A stretch of DNA of 64,000 bases, from assembly GCA_026770705.1 (NCBI GenBank), contig JANJGN010000006.1, positions 50,592,001 through 50,656,000 on the forward strand, given 5' to 3'. This DNA comes from Isurus oxyrinchus. Lineage: Eukaryota. Below, one piece after another: positions 24,387 to 37,035 of this stretch. The notes beneath the pieces are model-generated. The model ran no database searches. It saw only the letters and a list, made by a program, of their open reading frames with translations, and had not been told where the DNA came from. Both the position numbers and the translations under genes were made by a program. The stretch's first letter is position 1. Each line of letters starts with the position of its first letter.

Positions 24387-25535
24387 CTTTTCTTCTCCGC
24401 CGATGCTGCCAGACCTGCTGAGATTTTCCTGGTAATTCTGTTTTTGTTTTTGTGAGGGTGATTTCAGCTCATTGGGTCATGCTTAATAGGAAAGTCTTAT
24501 TAAAAATGTGACAGGCATCATAGGAAAGAGGCTGCTATATATGTTATGGGAAGCTTAAATATATTTCAAATGATAAATCTCAGAGTAAGGCTTTTCCATA
24601 GGAGTTGTTGTTTTGAAGGCTCAGCAGATGCCCTGATTTTAACAAATGTAGATTTTCATTTTAGGGGGACTCATTTGTCATGATACTTTAATGTTTCTTT
24701 CTTATTTTATCCTAGTTTGGATTGACTTTTCATATGTATTTCCTTAGTAGTTTAGTCTGTGTTTTATGTTTGTTTGGGGTAAGGGGGCTGGAGAGAGGGA
24801 CAGATTATGGATATGCATCTACTTTCCCTACTTAATGAGTGGAGAAGGTGTTAATATCTTTGGGCCTGGGAAGATATATGTTTACAAATTGCCCAAAAGC
24901 GAGGTTATAAATTGTGTGTTTGCAAGCATCTATTTTCTCCTTTTTCATTATATTAAACCTCGAGACTTCACTTCTGTATTCAAAAAGTTAGAAAATCTAA
25001 TAAATGTAATCATTTGGTTAAAGGGAAGGTGGATCAGAGATTGAGATTTATTTACCACTCCCTAAATTGTGTCAGAGTAATGGGTTTTTAATCTAATGGC
25101 TGGCTCCTCTGTTAACTCATTTTATTGGGCCTGGATTTAAGAAGCTTACACTGAAGCTCATCTCTCTGATCTCTCATCTGTCAGAACAAATAACAATTTT
25201 CATCTGCTTTCACCAGACGAGCCTCATAACTGTCTTGGATTTCATAGGGTGCAAACATTAAGAAATCAAGGAGACACCAAGACAAACAGCGTTGGTAGTT
25301 TATGGAAAAGAATGGCTTTGAGGCCAAAACCAAGTTAAAACATTTAAAAAGGAAGAGATGTACGTTTGTGCAGTGTCTTATCATGTCTCTTGAAAGTTAA
25401 CCAAAGTGCTTCAGATGCAATGAATTATGTGAAATGTGGTAACTGCTGTCATATAAATGAAATAACAGTTACTTTGCACATAACTGGATCCTACTAAGAA
25501 TAATGAGATGATTGAGAAGGCAATGTCTCTGGGGA

Positions 25536-26606
25536 ACAAAAACAAAAATAGCTGGAAAAGCTCAGCAGGTCTGACAGCATCTGTGGAGAGGAACGCAGTC
25601 AACATTTCGAGTCTGTATGACTGTTCATCAGAACTAAGGAAATATAGAAATGAGGGGAAATATAAGCTGGTTGAGGTGGGGGAGGGGGGGGTGTGACAGG
25701 TAAAGCTGGATAGAGGGCCAGTGATAGATGGAGGCAAAGAAGAGATTGCCAAAGGTGTCACAGACAAAAGGACAAAGGGGTGTTGACAGTGGTGATATTA
25801 TCTAAGGAATGTGCTCATGGGGACATTAAGGGTAGGAAGCAGGACAAGCAAGTGACTGATGGCCCTAGTGGGGGTGGGGCGGGGGGAAGGGATCGAAATG
25901 GGCTAAAAGGTGGAGATAAAATGATAGATTGAAATTAATTTAAAAATAGGTGGAAAAAGAAAAATATATTTAAAAAATTATAAATTATTGGAAAAAGGGG
26001 GTTCGGAAAGGGGGTGGGGATGGAGGAGCGAGTTCATGATCTGAAGTTGTTGAACTCACCATTCAGTCCAGAAGGTTGTAAAGCGCCTAGTCGGGAGATG
26101 AGGTGCTGTTCCTCCAGTTTGTGTTGAACTTCACTGGAACATTGCAGCAGGCCAAGGACGGACATGTGGGCATGAGAGCAGGCTGGTGTGTTGAAATGGC
26201 AAGCAACAGGGAGGTCTGGGTCATGTTTGCAGACAGACCAAAGGACCGAAGGTGACCAAACACCTCCAGTCTGTCCTGCTTCCTACCCTTAATGTCCCCA
26301 TGAGCACATTGCTTAGATAATATCACCACAGTCAATACCCTTTTCTCCTTTTGTCTGTGACATCTTTGGCAACTCTTCTTTGCCTCCATCTATCACTGGC
26401 CCTCTATCCAGCTCTACCTGTCCCACCCCCCTCAACCAGCTTATATTTCACCTCATTTCTTATTTCCTTAGTTCTGATGAAGAGTCATATGGACTCGAAA
26501 TGTTAACTCTGTTCCTCTCCACAAATGCTGTCAGACCTGCTGAGCTTTTCCAGCTATTTTTGTTTTTGTTTCAGATTTCTAGCATCCAGTATTTTGCTTT
26601 TATCTT
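25536..26606 (-). mobile_element. Penelope fragment with inverted pLTR and ~14-bp TSD
   Basis: pLTR + GIY-YIG tail minus 25536-26245, pLTR plus ~26270-26606; TSD aatgtctctgggga (25522-25535) / aacggctctgggga (26607-26620). Confidence 0.9.
26470..26508 (+). ncRNA. minimal hammerhead ribozyme motif with canonical CUGAUGA core
   Basis: agtt-CTGATGA-a-gagtc-atatg-gactc-GAAA-tgtt-aact; mirror copy at 25597-25635 (minus). Confidence 0.65.
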
Positions 26607-26929
26607 AACGGCTCTGGGGATTTTTACTGAGGGAGAAACATTAACCAAGGCACCAGAAATCTCCTGCTCTTCAATGCCCAACTGCACCAGTGGAACAGGC
26701 AAGCTGTAACTTGGTTTTATGTCTCATCTGAAGGACCTCTCAGTACTGTCATCTCAGTTATATTCTCAAGTGGGGCTTGAATTCACGATCTTGTAACTCA
26801 GAGACAAATAGATACCAGCTGCGCAAAGCGGACGTAAAGGGAGGTGATTTTATGAATTTGTGCTCTCAGCATTGAACATCAATGGTCATGAACACCCTTT
26901 TGTAAAATTTAAAATCAAAGATTTGAGAA

Positions 26930-27345
26930 GAAACTTGCATTTCTACAGCATCTTTTCACATCTTCAGGAAGCCAGCAACTGAATTTCTTTTGAATGTGCC
27001 GACATATTGTTAGGTAGGTAAAGACAATAGTTAATCTGCACAAAACAAAAAAAAGAGGTAGAAAATAAGATTACGGACCAGATCATCTGTTTTTTGGTAT
27101 TATGGTTGAGTGAGGGCACTGTGAGAGTACACTGCTTTTCTTCAAATAGAACCTTTGGATATTTTACATCCACTGGGACAGTGGGGACCTGAGTATGACT
27201 GTATATTCTAAAGTTGCAAAATACAGCAATAGAACAGTCCCTCAGTTCTGTACCAAAGTTCCAGCTTAAATTATTTGCTCAATTTCCGGCATGGAACTCA
27301 AACCTTTCTGATTTAGAGGCAAGATGGTTTCCAATTCAGCCAGAC
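26930..27345 (-). mobile_element. Deu-domain SINE, degraded
   Basis: acttgcattt..atctgcaca..cagatcatctgtttt..ggttgag..ttcttcaaatag..tttacatccac..tccctcagt. Confidence 0.7.
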
Positions 27346-27914
27346 TGATGTTTGACAGTTGAATGTTCAGCTAGTTCTCTGCCTCAACAGAGAATAGAAC
27401 ATGTCTTAATAGATGAAGGAAAGAGCTGCATAAACTACATAGCCCTTGTATTCCAATGTGCAGATGTGCAATAAATATTGGAGGATCAGTACTGAGGTGT
27501 GCCTTACTAAATGCACATGTTTACAAACTCATTTATTTCCCTTTTTAGTTGATAATAGTTTGCTTATAGCTTCTTCATAACTTTAGTTTTCCTGATGTAT
27601 AATTTGCATATTCCAGTTGTCATGACTAACAGAATCAGCCTTACCTCCCAGTCTGCTCTTGTCTTCCAGCGTGGCTCCCAGAACACAGGAAATTTGAATT
27701 CACTGAATTTATGATGCATGCAGGCAATAATTCTTGAAGGTGCCCCTTTGTCCCTGATGGTACCTTTGCTCATAAAGGAGACAAGTGAGTTTCTGAACAG
27801 TTTCTATCTGCTTGGGAACATTGATCTTCTGTTCTTCAAGCCTACAGGAACCACAACATAGAAGGTACAGCATTACTGGTTGGCAGCAAACCTTCCATGG
27901 TTGAAGCAAATGTA

Positions 27915-28176
27915 ACCAGCTCCTTATCTCAGGGAGATTGAAGCGCTCTTTCACACGCATGCACGACATGATGCTAGCCCCAACTCTCTCTCCTGCCCCC
28001 CACCCACACAGGTAGCGTTGAGCGCTACAGCTCGCATCTTACACTAGGCAGGCTTTAATTGGCCCACTCGCAGTAAATAGCCTCTTATTGTGGGGAGCAC
28101 GAGTGGTGGCAATTGGCTCCGCGACAGTCCCCACCCACTCCCGCCAAGCCCGCCCGCCAACAGAAAAGTTCAAGCC
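27915..28176. mobile_element. Harbinger MITE fragment
   Basis: ctcagggagattgaagcgctctttcacacgcatgc, ttaattggcccac, end aaaagttcaagcc. Confidence 0.65.
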
Positions 28177-28185
28177 ATAAGTAAT

Positions 28186-29180
28186 TTATAAATTCAGTCT
28201 TTCTAGGTGTTTCCTTATGCATGTAGAACATCTCAGCTCTACAACTTCAGATGCCTTGTCAGGAACCTCCTTTTCTAGAGTTTCCTGAACATCAGGTGCT
28301 TCAGTGGGCCCTGCCACTCTTGAAGGAAGAACAGATGTGCCTGTACTGAGTTGAGTTCTCCCAACAGGAAACGCTGACCCAATCATGAACATTGGTGGAA
28401 TCATTTCTTGGTGATTTGTTTCTCTCTTCCTTAGATTGTCTACATGTCTCCGCATGAATCAGCTTCCACCACCATGAAGTAAGATAGAGGTCCAATCACT
28501 GCACGTATTTCACCCGGTAACCAGTTTGGTCCTTCTCCAAAGTTCTTCACGTAAACCGTCTCTCCCACGGTAAATTTCCTCTCGTGACTATGCCAGTCGT
28601 GTCTAGTTTTCTTACTTCCATGACTACTTTCCACCTTCCCCCCTAAATTCGGCATAATTATGCTCAATATTGTCCTGAGACAGCGTTTCATCAATAATTC
28701 CACAGATGTGACACCTGTTGTTGTGTGAGGGGTGGTCCTATAATGGAAAAGAAAGTGTGCTAGCTTGGTTGTTAAGGGATCTCCAGTTAATCTTTTCATG
28801 TCTGCCTTGAATGTTTAATACGCCTTTTCAGCCAGTCCATTTGAGGAAGGCTGGTATGGTGAAGTTTTCACATGAGTGATACCGTTGAGGCTGATAAACC
28901 GCTGAAACTCAGCACACGTATATGCTGTACCATTATCAGAAACAATCACTTCTGGTAGTCCGTTAATGGCAAAACTTTGACGTAACTTCTCAATTGTAGC
29001 AGAAGGCGTTAGTGACTTCACCTCCTATATGCCCATGCATTTTGAGTGAGCATCAACAACGAGCAGAAACATTGTTCCCATGAAAGGTCCCACATAGTCA
29101 ATGTGTAACCACACCCAGGGTCTTCCTGACCACCCCCAAGGGTGTAACAGAACCGTTGAAGGTAACTTTTGCATTTGCAT
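28186..29180 (-). mobile_element. Gypsy LTR retrotransposon integrase fragment
   Basis: FAINGLPEVIVSDNGTAYT, TSPYQPSSNGLAE, FLFHYRTTPHTTTGV, GPLSY, RRHVDNLR. Confidence 0.92.
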
Positions 29181-29184
29181 CTGA

Positions 29185-29562
29185 CCTTAAGAGGTGAGGG
29201 AGGACACCCGAAGTCAGAAGGGGTTTCTAATGGAGGCGCCCCTACAACATTCCCACCCAAGGCCTAGGCTTGTTCATAACCAGGCTTCCCCCACACCAGG
29301 AAAATCCTCCCACAAGCTTAAAAATTGAAACTTGGTGGGAAATGGCCCTTTAGTGGCTAATAATTGGCCACTTAAGGGCCTCAAATGGGGCAAGGGCTGC
29401 TTCCTATCTGAGGCATTGCCCACCCCCAGTATAAAATCGCTGTGAGGTTGGGGCGGTTAGGGATCCAGAGGGAATCCTGTTCCTTCAATTTCATGCACTG
29501 CGCCCCCTCCTCCTCTTCCTGTGCCCAAAAAGCAGCTGGCGGGGGAGTGTGAAATTCAGGCC
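29185..29562. mobile_element. Harbinger MITE fragment
   Basis: agtggctaataattggccacttaagggcc palindrome; end gtgaaattcaggcc. Confidence 0.55.
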
Positions 29563-30369
29563 ATATCACAAGGCTTGACACTGAAATGTTTGATGCACAC
29601 AACCAGTGGCATATTACCCAGTTTGGAATGTCTGCAACAACAATTATTTGTGCTTGAACATATAGTAACACAATCAGCCCTAGACTGGATAGTGGACAGG
29701 ATGTAGAGACTTTGCAAACAGACGTAGATGCTGAGCCCATCCCAATTGACGGGAGCTGCATTAAGTCTGTCGTTACGCACATTGTACCTGCTTTAATAAG
29801 AATTTTCTTTTATTTAAAAATGTCAATCATAGCTTGTTGGCACATGGAAATAAAGTTGAGGTTTCCATGGGAAATTTGTAACATGTGCAGAGTCCTGTTA
29901 AAGATTCACTCATTTGGTCTGAGCTGAAAAGACAGCAAAGAACCCTAAGGGTCCAACTTGCCAGGTTCCAATAGAAATTTACATTGTTTGAGATTAGCTG
30001 GCTATTCAAATCACTTGTCAAATTTTTCAGTCATTAACAAAGTAAATCTTCTGCTTGTTTTTACAAATTATACGAAGAAGTGATGTCATGAGCTGTACTG
30101 CATGACGAAAATAATTGAGCCTCCTGTGACTCAGGATATTAGTTTACCAGGCAGTATTTTCTTCCCTACGTTGATCAGTAATTGCTCACTGGTCGATGCA
30201 CACAACTGAAATAAAAACATGTGGAGGACATACAGAATTGTCTAGGTTACATTGGGGCAGCATCATTATGCAAACCAACACCCCATTGTTCTGCACTAAC
30301 GAGAAATTAAGTTGATAAATAATGCAGTTAAACCCATTTTCAGAGTTACATGGTTTGCTTCAAAATATT

Positions 30370-30990
30370 GATGGTGAGGGGCTGGGAGGCAGGGGGCTGT
30401 ATAATCGGGCAGGAAGATGCATGATGGAGAACTCGTTTCCTTCTCGACTCCCCCCACGATTGGGGGGATTGAGTCAGGGATGGGAAAGGACGAGGATGCC
30501 TTTTCACCCAGATTGCTACCAGTTGCAGGGGGTGTGTATGCCACATGAGGAGGCTGACCAGTAAAAGCTGGTGGCTTCCTTGCATGTTTGGTGAAGGCCT
30601 TCTTATTGGGCACTCTGTGGTCCACGGAGGGCCCCCCTGTATCAAAGGCCCCCCTTGTTGAGAGAGCACTGCTCTGCCTTCCGCAATGGCCTCCATACAC
30701 CCTCACCACGGCCTGCCTGATTGGCCCCGGTGAGCCCAACCCACTAACCTATTTTCCAAGGCCTCCTCCATTGTTGTTGGTCCAGGCCTGCTGTAGTCTG
30801 AAGAACTGGTGGCTCATTGTTTGGCCAGCAGATCTTTGAGGCAAGCTCTTCATTTTAAAAGGGCAGATATCCCGACAACAGGCAGGTAACTACCTAATTG
30901 AATTTAATCCCGTCAGAACTCCTGGAAATAGCCATGACTGGGTTGTCCAAGCCTTTCCTGGGCTACTACCATAGCCATTGAGTTCAGCCC
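30370..30990. mobile_element. degraded GC-rich MITE-like element
   Basis: GC-rich island ending in agttcagccc (TIR-like); left end unclear. Confidence 0.35.
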
Positions 30991-32227
30991 GAGATGTGTG
31001 TAAATGCTGCTGAAGACCTCAGTCAACACATCAATTGTTTCAGCCAATGCATGTTAAATTCTTAGACAACCAAAACACTGTTATTTACATATATAATAAC
31101 TTGTACAAAGACACCTTTTGTTAACTAATCTTAAAAATGGACAGACAACTTCATCCTCGTTCCTCCAGAAGGTGCCATGCATATGAAATGAATAGTTCAA
31201 ACGATGCAATTAAAATCTTGCACCTACAAAATGTACAAGCAAATAAATAGTGGCATTATATGACTTGTCCAAGGTTTGATAACAGTTAAATTAGTACTGG
31301 TGTCACGTTCAATTATGTCTGCAAGGATAAGGCCCCATTAGTATTATTTTGCAGGTTCAGTTACCAATAGCAATCATGATGTTTCATTGGTACAGTGATT
31401 GAATGTGACACCAGCAAGTTTCACTTTACATATATTCTTAAATTTGGAAATATGTCTTCATTGTTTCAGAGCTGTTGTTGAAGTAATTGGAAGTTCAGTG
31501 TTATTTAAGATTATTTAATCAGGCTGACCTTATATTTGTATTACCTTTGTGTTTAGCTTAAATAATAAATCACACAGCTAATGACTCGTTCATGTTTTGC
31601 TTTGGTGAAGTGAATCTAGGAGAAAGCCACAGCAGTGGGAAACCCTGGGACTTGTCCCTTGAAATAAATCACAAAAAATTACTGACCTGATAAAATCCAG
31701 TTAACTATCTTAACAGGTAAGATGCATAAGTCATCTAGGAATGCTGTTCAGATCTGAATTTTGTTCAGTTAAGATGTAACATTGGTTGGATGGTAAAAAA
31801 GGCACCTACAGCTGTCAATGATTAAGCAGCTTACCACTCATCTATGCAGTTTGACCTTCAATCAGATTGCTGTAAATTGGCTAATCCGTTTTCTTCTGAG
31901 CTAACTACAAAGTACTGCATTTCTTTTGTACAATTGCCAGGAACAAACATGCTTTTCATTATGTAACAAGTGAAGATGGCACTCAGTAGATTGAATACCT
32001 CTGCCACGCTGTGTTAACTCACCACTTTTACAATTACGCAATTCTCCCTTGAGGTTTTTCCCTGTCTGGTTGATGCTCTGTAACTGCAAAGCTGAAAAAA
32101 GAAATATTTTTATTAAGAGCTTCCATCTCACTGAGGAGGCTTCAGGCCAATCCACATCCAACAAACTGCTCTGAAAACTCTGCTCACCAAAACAACACTA
32201 TTCTAAATAAAATAATACACAGCAGAA

Positions 32228-35200
32228 GGAGGCGATGGCATTATGGTAATGTTACTGGACTAGTAATCCCTGAGGACCTGAATCTGAATCCCACCATGGG
32301 AACTAAAGAAATTGAATTCAATAAAAATCTGCAACTAAGAGCCTAATGATGACCATAAAACCATTATTGATTGTTGTAAAAACCCATCTGGTTCACCAAT
32401 GTCCTTTAGGGATGGAAATCTGCCATCCTTACTAGGTCAGGCTTACATGTGACTCCAGACCCAGAGCAATGTGGTTGACTCTTAACTGCCCTCTGAAATG
32501 GCCTAGTGAGCCACGCAGTTGTATAAAACCACTAAAAAGCCATAAGAAATGGGCATTGAACTAGGCACTGGAAACAACAATGACACACCTAGCCTTGTTG
32601 ATCATGCAAAGTCCTCCTCAATAATATCTGGGGGCTAGTGCCAAAATTGGGAGGGCTGTCTCACAGGCTAGTCAAGCAACAGCCTGACATAGTCATCTTC
32701 ACGGAATCATACATTAGAGATCATGTCCCAGACGCCATCATCACCATCCCTGGGTATGTCCTGTCTCACTGGCAGAGGTGGCAGCACAGTAGTGTAAAAT
32801 CAGCAGGGAGTTTCCCTGGGGATCCAATTCACTGACTCTTGACCCCATGAAGTCTCGTGGCACCAGGTCAAACATGGGCAAGGAAACCTCCTGCTAAATC
32901 CACCGTGTTGTGTGGCACTACCAATGTATTAAATGAGATAGATTTTGAACATATCTAACAACTCAAGACTGGGCATCCATGAGGGACAGTGGCCATCAGC
33001 AGCAGCAGAATTGTAATTTGTAACCTCATGGCCTAGCATATCCCCCGCTCTACCATTACCACCAAAACAGGGGATCAACCTGGTTCAATGAAGAGTGCAG
33101 GAAGGCATGTCAGGAGCAGCACCAGGCATACCCAAAAATGAGGTGTCAACCTGGTGAAGCTATAACACAGGACTACTTGTGTGCCAAACAGCATAAGCAG
33201 CAAGTGATAGACAGAGCTAAGTGATCCTACAACCAATGGATCAGATCTAAGCTCTGCAGTCCTGTCACATCCAGTCGTGAATGGTGGTGGACAATTAAAC
33301 AACTCACTAGAAGAGAAGGATGTTCCACAAATACCCTCATCCTCAATGGTGTGGGAACACAGCACAGCAATGCAAAAGATAAGGCTGAATCATTTGCTAC
33401 AATCTTCAGCCAAAATTGCCGAGCGGATGATCCATGTCAGCCTCTTCCGGAGGTCCCCAATATCACACTTGTCAGTCTTCAGCCAATTCAATTCAGTCCA
33501 CGTGATATCAAGAAATGGCTGAAGGCACCAAATTCTGCAAAGGCTATGGGCCCTGACAATATTCTGGCAATAGTACTGAAGACTTGTGTTCCAGAACTTG
33601 CCATGCCCCTAGCCAAGCTGTCCTAGTACAGCTAAAATACTGGCATCTACCCAGCTTTGTGGAAAATTGCCTTGGTGTGTCCTGTACACAAAAAGCAGGA
33701 CAAATCCAACTTGACTAATTACCGCCCTACTAATCTATTCTCGATAACCAGTAAAGTAATGGAAGGAGTCATCAACAGTGCTGTCAGTGGCACGTGCTTA
33801 GCAGTAATCTGCTCACTGATGATCACTTTGGGTTCTGCCAGGGCCACTCAGCTCCATTTTAAGTGGGCAGGCCAATTAAGGCCCACCCAGTGTGACGTCC
33901 GCACAGAAGCACTTTGCGCTTTCTGTGCGGGTGGGGGGTGGGGGGGGGGGGGGGGGGGATATCCCAAAATCAAGAGTGCGTTCTTTCGCGAATGTGCACA
34001 AAAGAGCGCACTCATCTCCCTGAGGCTAAGTGCTGCCTCAGGGAGATCAGCTGTAAATGTAAAAAAGATAAAAATAGAAAAATAAAATTTCCCTAACATG
34101 TCCCCTCATGTCATAATGTCACTTGAGTTGGGACATGTCCATAATTTTTATAAAACCTTTATTAAAATTTTTTAAATCCAACATGAAACTTCATCCTGCC
34201 CGTGGATGAGGTTTCATGTTTTTTCTAGTTCCCGCCGGGGTTCCTGGCCTGTCCGCCAACCTTAAGGTTGGACGGGCAGGTCCTTTAATTATTTAATTGA
34301 CCCTGTCAGTGGCCTCAATTGGCCATTGACAGGTCGGTGGACCTGCAGCTGATTTCGCTACACCTCCGCCTTTCTGAAAATTTAAATGGGGCACAGTTTC
34401 CGGAGTTCCCTCGACTTCACCGCACGTTATTTTACTCGTCGGTGAGCGGGCCCTGCCCCTACTCACTGACGCATAAAATCCTGCCTCTTGTCTATATGCA
34501 GCAAGACCTGGACAATAAAAAGGCTTGAGCAAGTAACATTTGCCCCACACATGTGCCAGGCAATGACCATCTCCAACAAGAGAGAATCTAGCATCGCCTC
34601 TTGACATTCAATGACATTGCCATCACTGAATTCCCCACCATCAACATCCTGGGGGTTACCATTTACCGGAAACTGAAATGGACCAGCCATATAAATGGCT
34701 ACAAGTACAGGTCAGAGGCCAGGAATCCTGCAGCGAGTAACTCACCTCCTGACTCCCCAAAGTCTGTTCACCATCTACAAGGCACAAGTCAGGAGTGTGA
34801 TGGAATATTACCCACTTGCCTGGATGAGTGCAACTCCAAAAACACTCAAGAAACTTGACACCATCCAGGACAAAATAGTTCACTTGATTGGCACCACATC
34901 CACCACCTTAAACATCCACACCCTCCACTACCAAAGCAGAGTGGCAGCAGTGAGTACCATCTGCAAGATGCACCACAGGAACACACCAAGGCTCCAACAA
35001 GGCTCCTTCAACAGCACCTTCCAAACCCACGACCACTACCATCTAGAAAGACAAGGGCAGCAGATAGATAGAAACACCACCACCTGGAAGTTCTCCTCAA
35101 AACCACTCACCAGCCTGATTTGGAAATATATTGTTGTTCTTTCGCTGTCACTGGGCCAAAATCCTGGAACTCCCTCCCTAACAGCACTGTGGATATAGCT

Positions 35201-35323
35201 ACACCACATGGACTGCAGTGGTTCAAGAAGGTAGCTCACCACCACCTTCTCGAGGGCAATTAGGGATGGGCAATAAATGCTGGCTTAGCCAGTGATGCAC
35301 ACATCCTATGAATGAATGAAAAA
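32228..35323 (+). mobile_element. family-A LINE with tRNA-SINE-like 5' head, EN and RT remnants, 3' tail; internally deleted
   Basis: 32228-32520 colinear with SINE 21578-21879; then LSHRLVKQQPDIVIFTESYI (EN), KAMGPDNI, WKIALVCPVHKKQDKSNLTNYRP, YKAQVRSVMEY; tail ..gggcaataaatgctggc..atgaatgaatgaaaaa. Confidence 0.9.
33855..34486. mobile_element. Harbinger MITE (left end lost) within LINE
   Basis: Colinear with 52805-53491; right TIR aaaatcctgcc. Confidence 0.88.
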
Positions 35324-35864
35324 GCTTTCTAAAAAAGTCAATTAATCCTATCTTCAAGAATCAATGAGCCCTTTAAAACATTCCAGGATCCAGATCTGGG
35401 TCTGCATCTTTGCCAAAAACTAATCCGTTCTTCGTTGAGCCATACCATACCTGTGTACTGGATTTCATTGAAATCTGTCCATTAGTTTTTGAGATATATT
35501 GTTTACAGATACCTTCAGTGGTGGAGCTAATGAAACAAAATAATTGCAGGGAGAATAATTTTTATTTGCGAGTATCCAATACCATGAAGGGGAATTTGAA
35601 TGGTTCATAACCACTGGTGGAAACTTCCAGATGAGGTTACAGGAATGAATGCAGATTTTCCAATTAGGCATCAACCTGACTGGATTTTAGGAATAGTGTG
35701 AATCACATCCACTGAACATACTTAATTGATGGACAAACTCAGTTGTGGGAAAAAAACCCTTTCATTCGAACATTTCTCACAGTTGGGGGGTGGTATGAGA
35801 TGATAAAAGGACGTCTAGCTTTAGGAATCAAAAGCTTATAGTAGCCTAAAGGAACAGGCATCCA

Positions 35865-36360
35865 GGGGTCCATTTTAACTGCCTGTGCCCAGTGTGAACA
35901 TGCTGGTAGTAGCATGAAAATAGCATCAGTTCACTTACCTGCCCCATGTATGCTGGCACTTCATTTGTTGCCATTTTGGGTGGAATTTTAAGAGGGTGGC
36001 CAAATTACCACCTGGTTCAGGAGAAAGACTACTTTTACCTTGTAAATTGATGCCTCTTAATTGTAATTATGAAGTACAAAGAGCAGTGAGTGCACTGCGC
36101 ACTATGCATAGGTGCTGACTGGCTTAAGCAGTGGTCCTTAACACAGCTTCTAAAAATGTTCCTTACTTTTAATTCTGTGGTATCAGGAAGATATTGCCCT
36201 GTTCCTCAAAAATACTCCTGCCTGCCGGTGGTCCTTGTGTGCACCCAACAATGCCATGCACACACTTGCACCTCCTGCCATCCCCCAACCCCAAACCTTG
36301 TCACCATCCTAAGCTGTGATTGTCAGCTAGGTCCACATAGAAGCTAGTTAATTTCTGCCC
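35865..36360. mobile_element. degraded Harbinger-type MITE
   Basis: Ends ggggtccattttaac / ttaatttctgccc; internal gccatttt motif. Confidence 0.4.
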
Positions 36361-36654
36361 TCTTCAAATCACTAAAGGAGTACTGCTTTGGCACATTCAG
36401 CTCATGGAAATGCTTCAAAATGGCTCAGGTGTCACGATTATGAGGGCAGGTGGTAAACATCATCTACTTACCCACGACTCATTGTGAAATTGAAAATCGT
36501 ACAGTCACTGTTTTGAAAGTTGAAGATTATCATGATTCAGATTTTTTTTAAATAGTTTTGTGACTTCCAGTGTTTGTAGCCCTCTCACTAGGAGTGCATA
36601 CTTGTAATTCAGGTGCATGCTCCTCTACCCTCTTTCAAAAAGAAGAAAAAAATA

Positions 36655-37035
36655 AAGCCTATTTAGTGCTTTTCACAATCACTGGACATCTCAATGCACT
36701 TTACAGCAATGAAGTACTTTTAAAAGTGTAGCCATTGATGACATAAGAAACATGGCAGCTAATTGTGCTGAGCAAACTCCCAAAAAGAGCAATGTGATAA
36801 TGATCAAATAATCTCTTTTTGAGATGTAGGTTGAGGGATAAATATTGTTTAGGGCACCAGGGATAACTCTTCAAAATAGCGCCATGGTTTTTTTACATCC
36901 ACCAGAGGAGACAGATGGAATCTAGGTTTAGTGTCTCATCCAAAAGATAGCATCTCCAGCAGGACTGCACTCCCTCAGTACCATACTGGAGTGCCAACCT
37001 TGATTTTTGTGCTCAAAGCCTGGAGTGAGAGATAA
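36655..37035 (-). mobile_element. Deu-domain SINE
   Basis: tttacagcaatgaagtactttt, ttgagggataaatattg, ttttacatccacc, cactccctcagtac, gtgctcaa. Confidence 0.8.

Larger units (their letters stand above)
22715..24452 (-). mobile_element. young Penelope-like element, 5'-truncated, with inverted pLTR and 14-bp TSD
   Basis: GIY-YIG ORF 23253..23582, RT C-terminus 23580-24098, near-identical inverted arms ~22748-23109 / 24099-24452, TSD tgagggtgatttca at 22701-22714 and 24453-24466. Confidence 0.96.
25345..26830 (-). mobile_element. Deu-domain SINE split by Penelope insertion
   Basis: Degraded Deu motifs on both sides (ccaaagtgcttc, actttgcaca; tgagggagaaacatt, ctcctgctcttc, tctcatctgaagg, cttgaattcacg). 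Confidence 0.6.

Noticed and set aside
33931-33958. Poly-G run as a G4 regulatory element (also 50955-50980)
   Set aside because: Variable homopolymer inside MITE copies; slippage or sequencing artefact.
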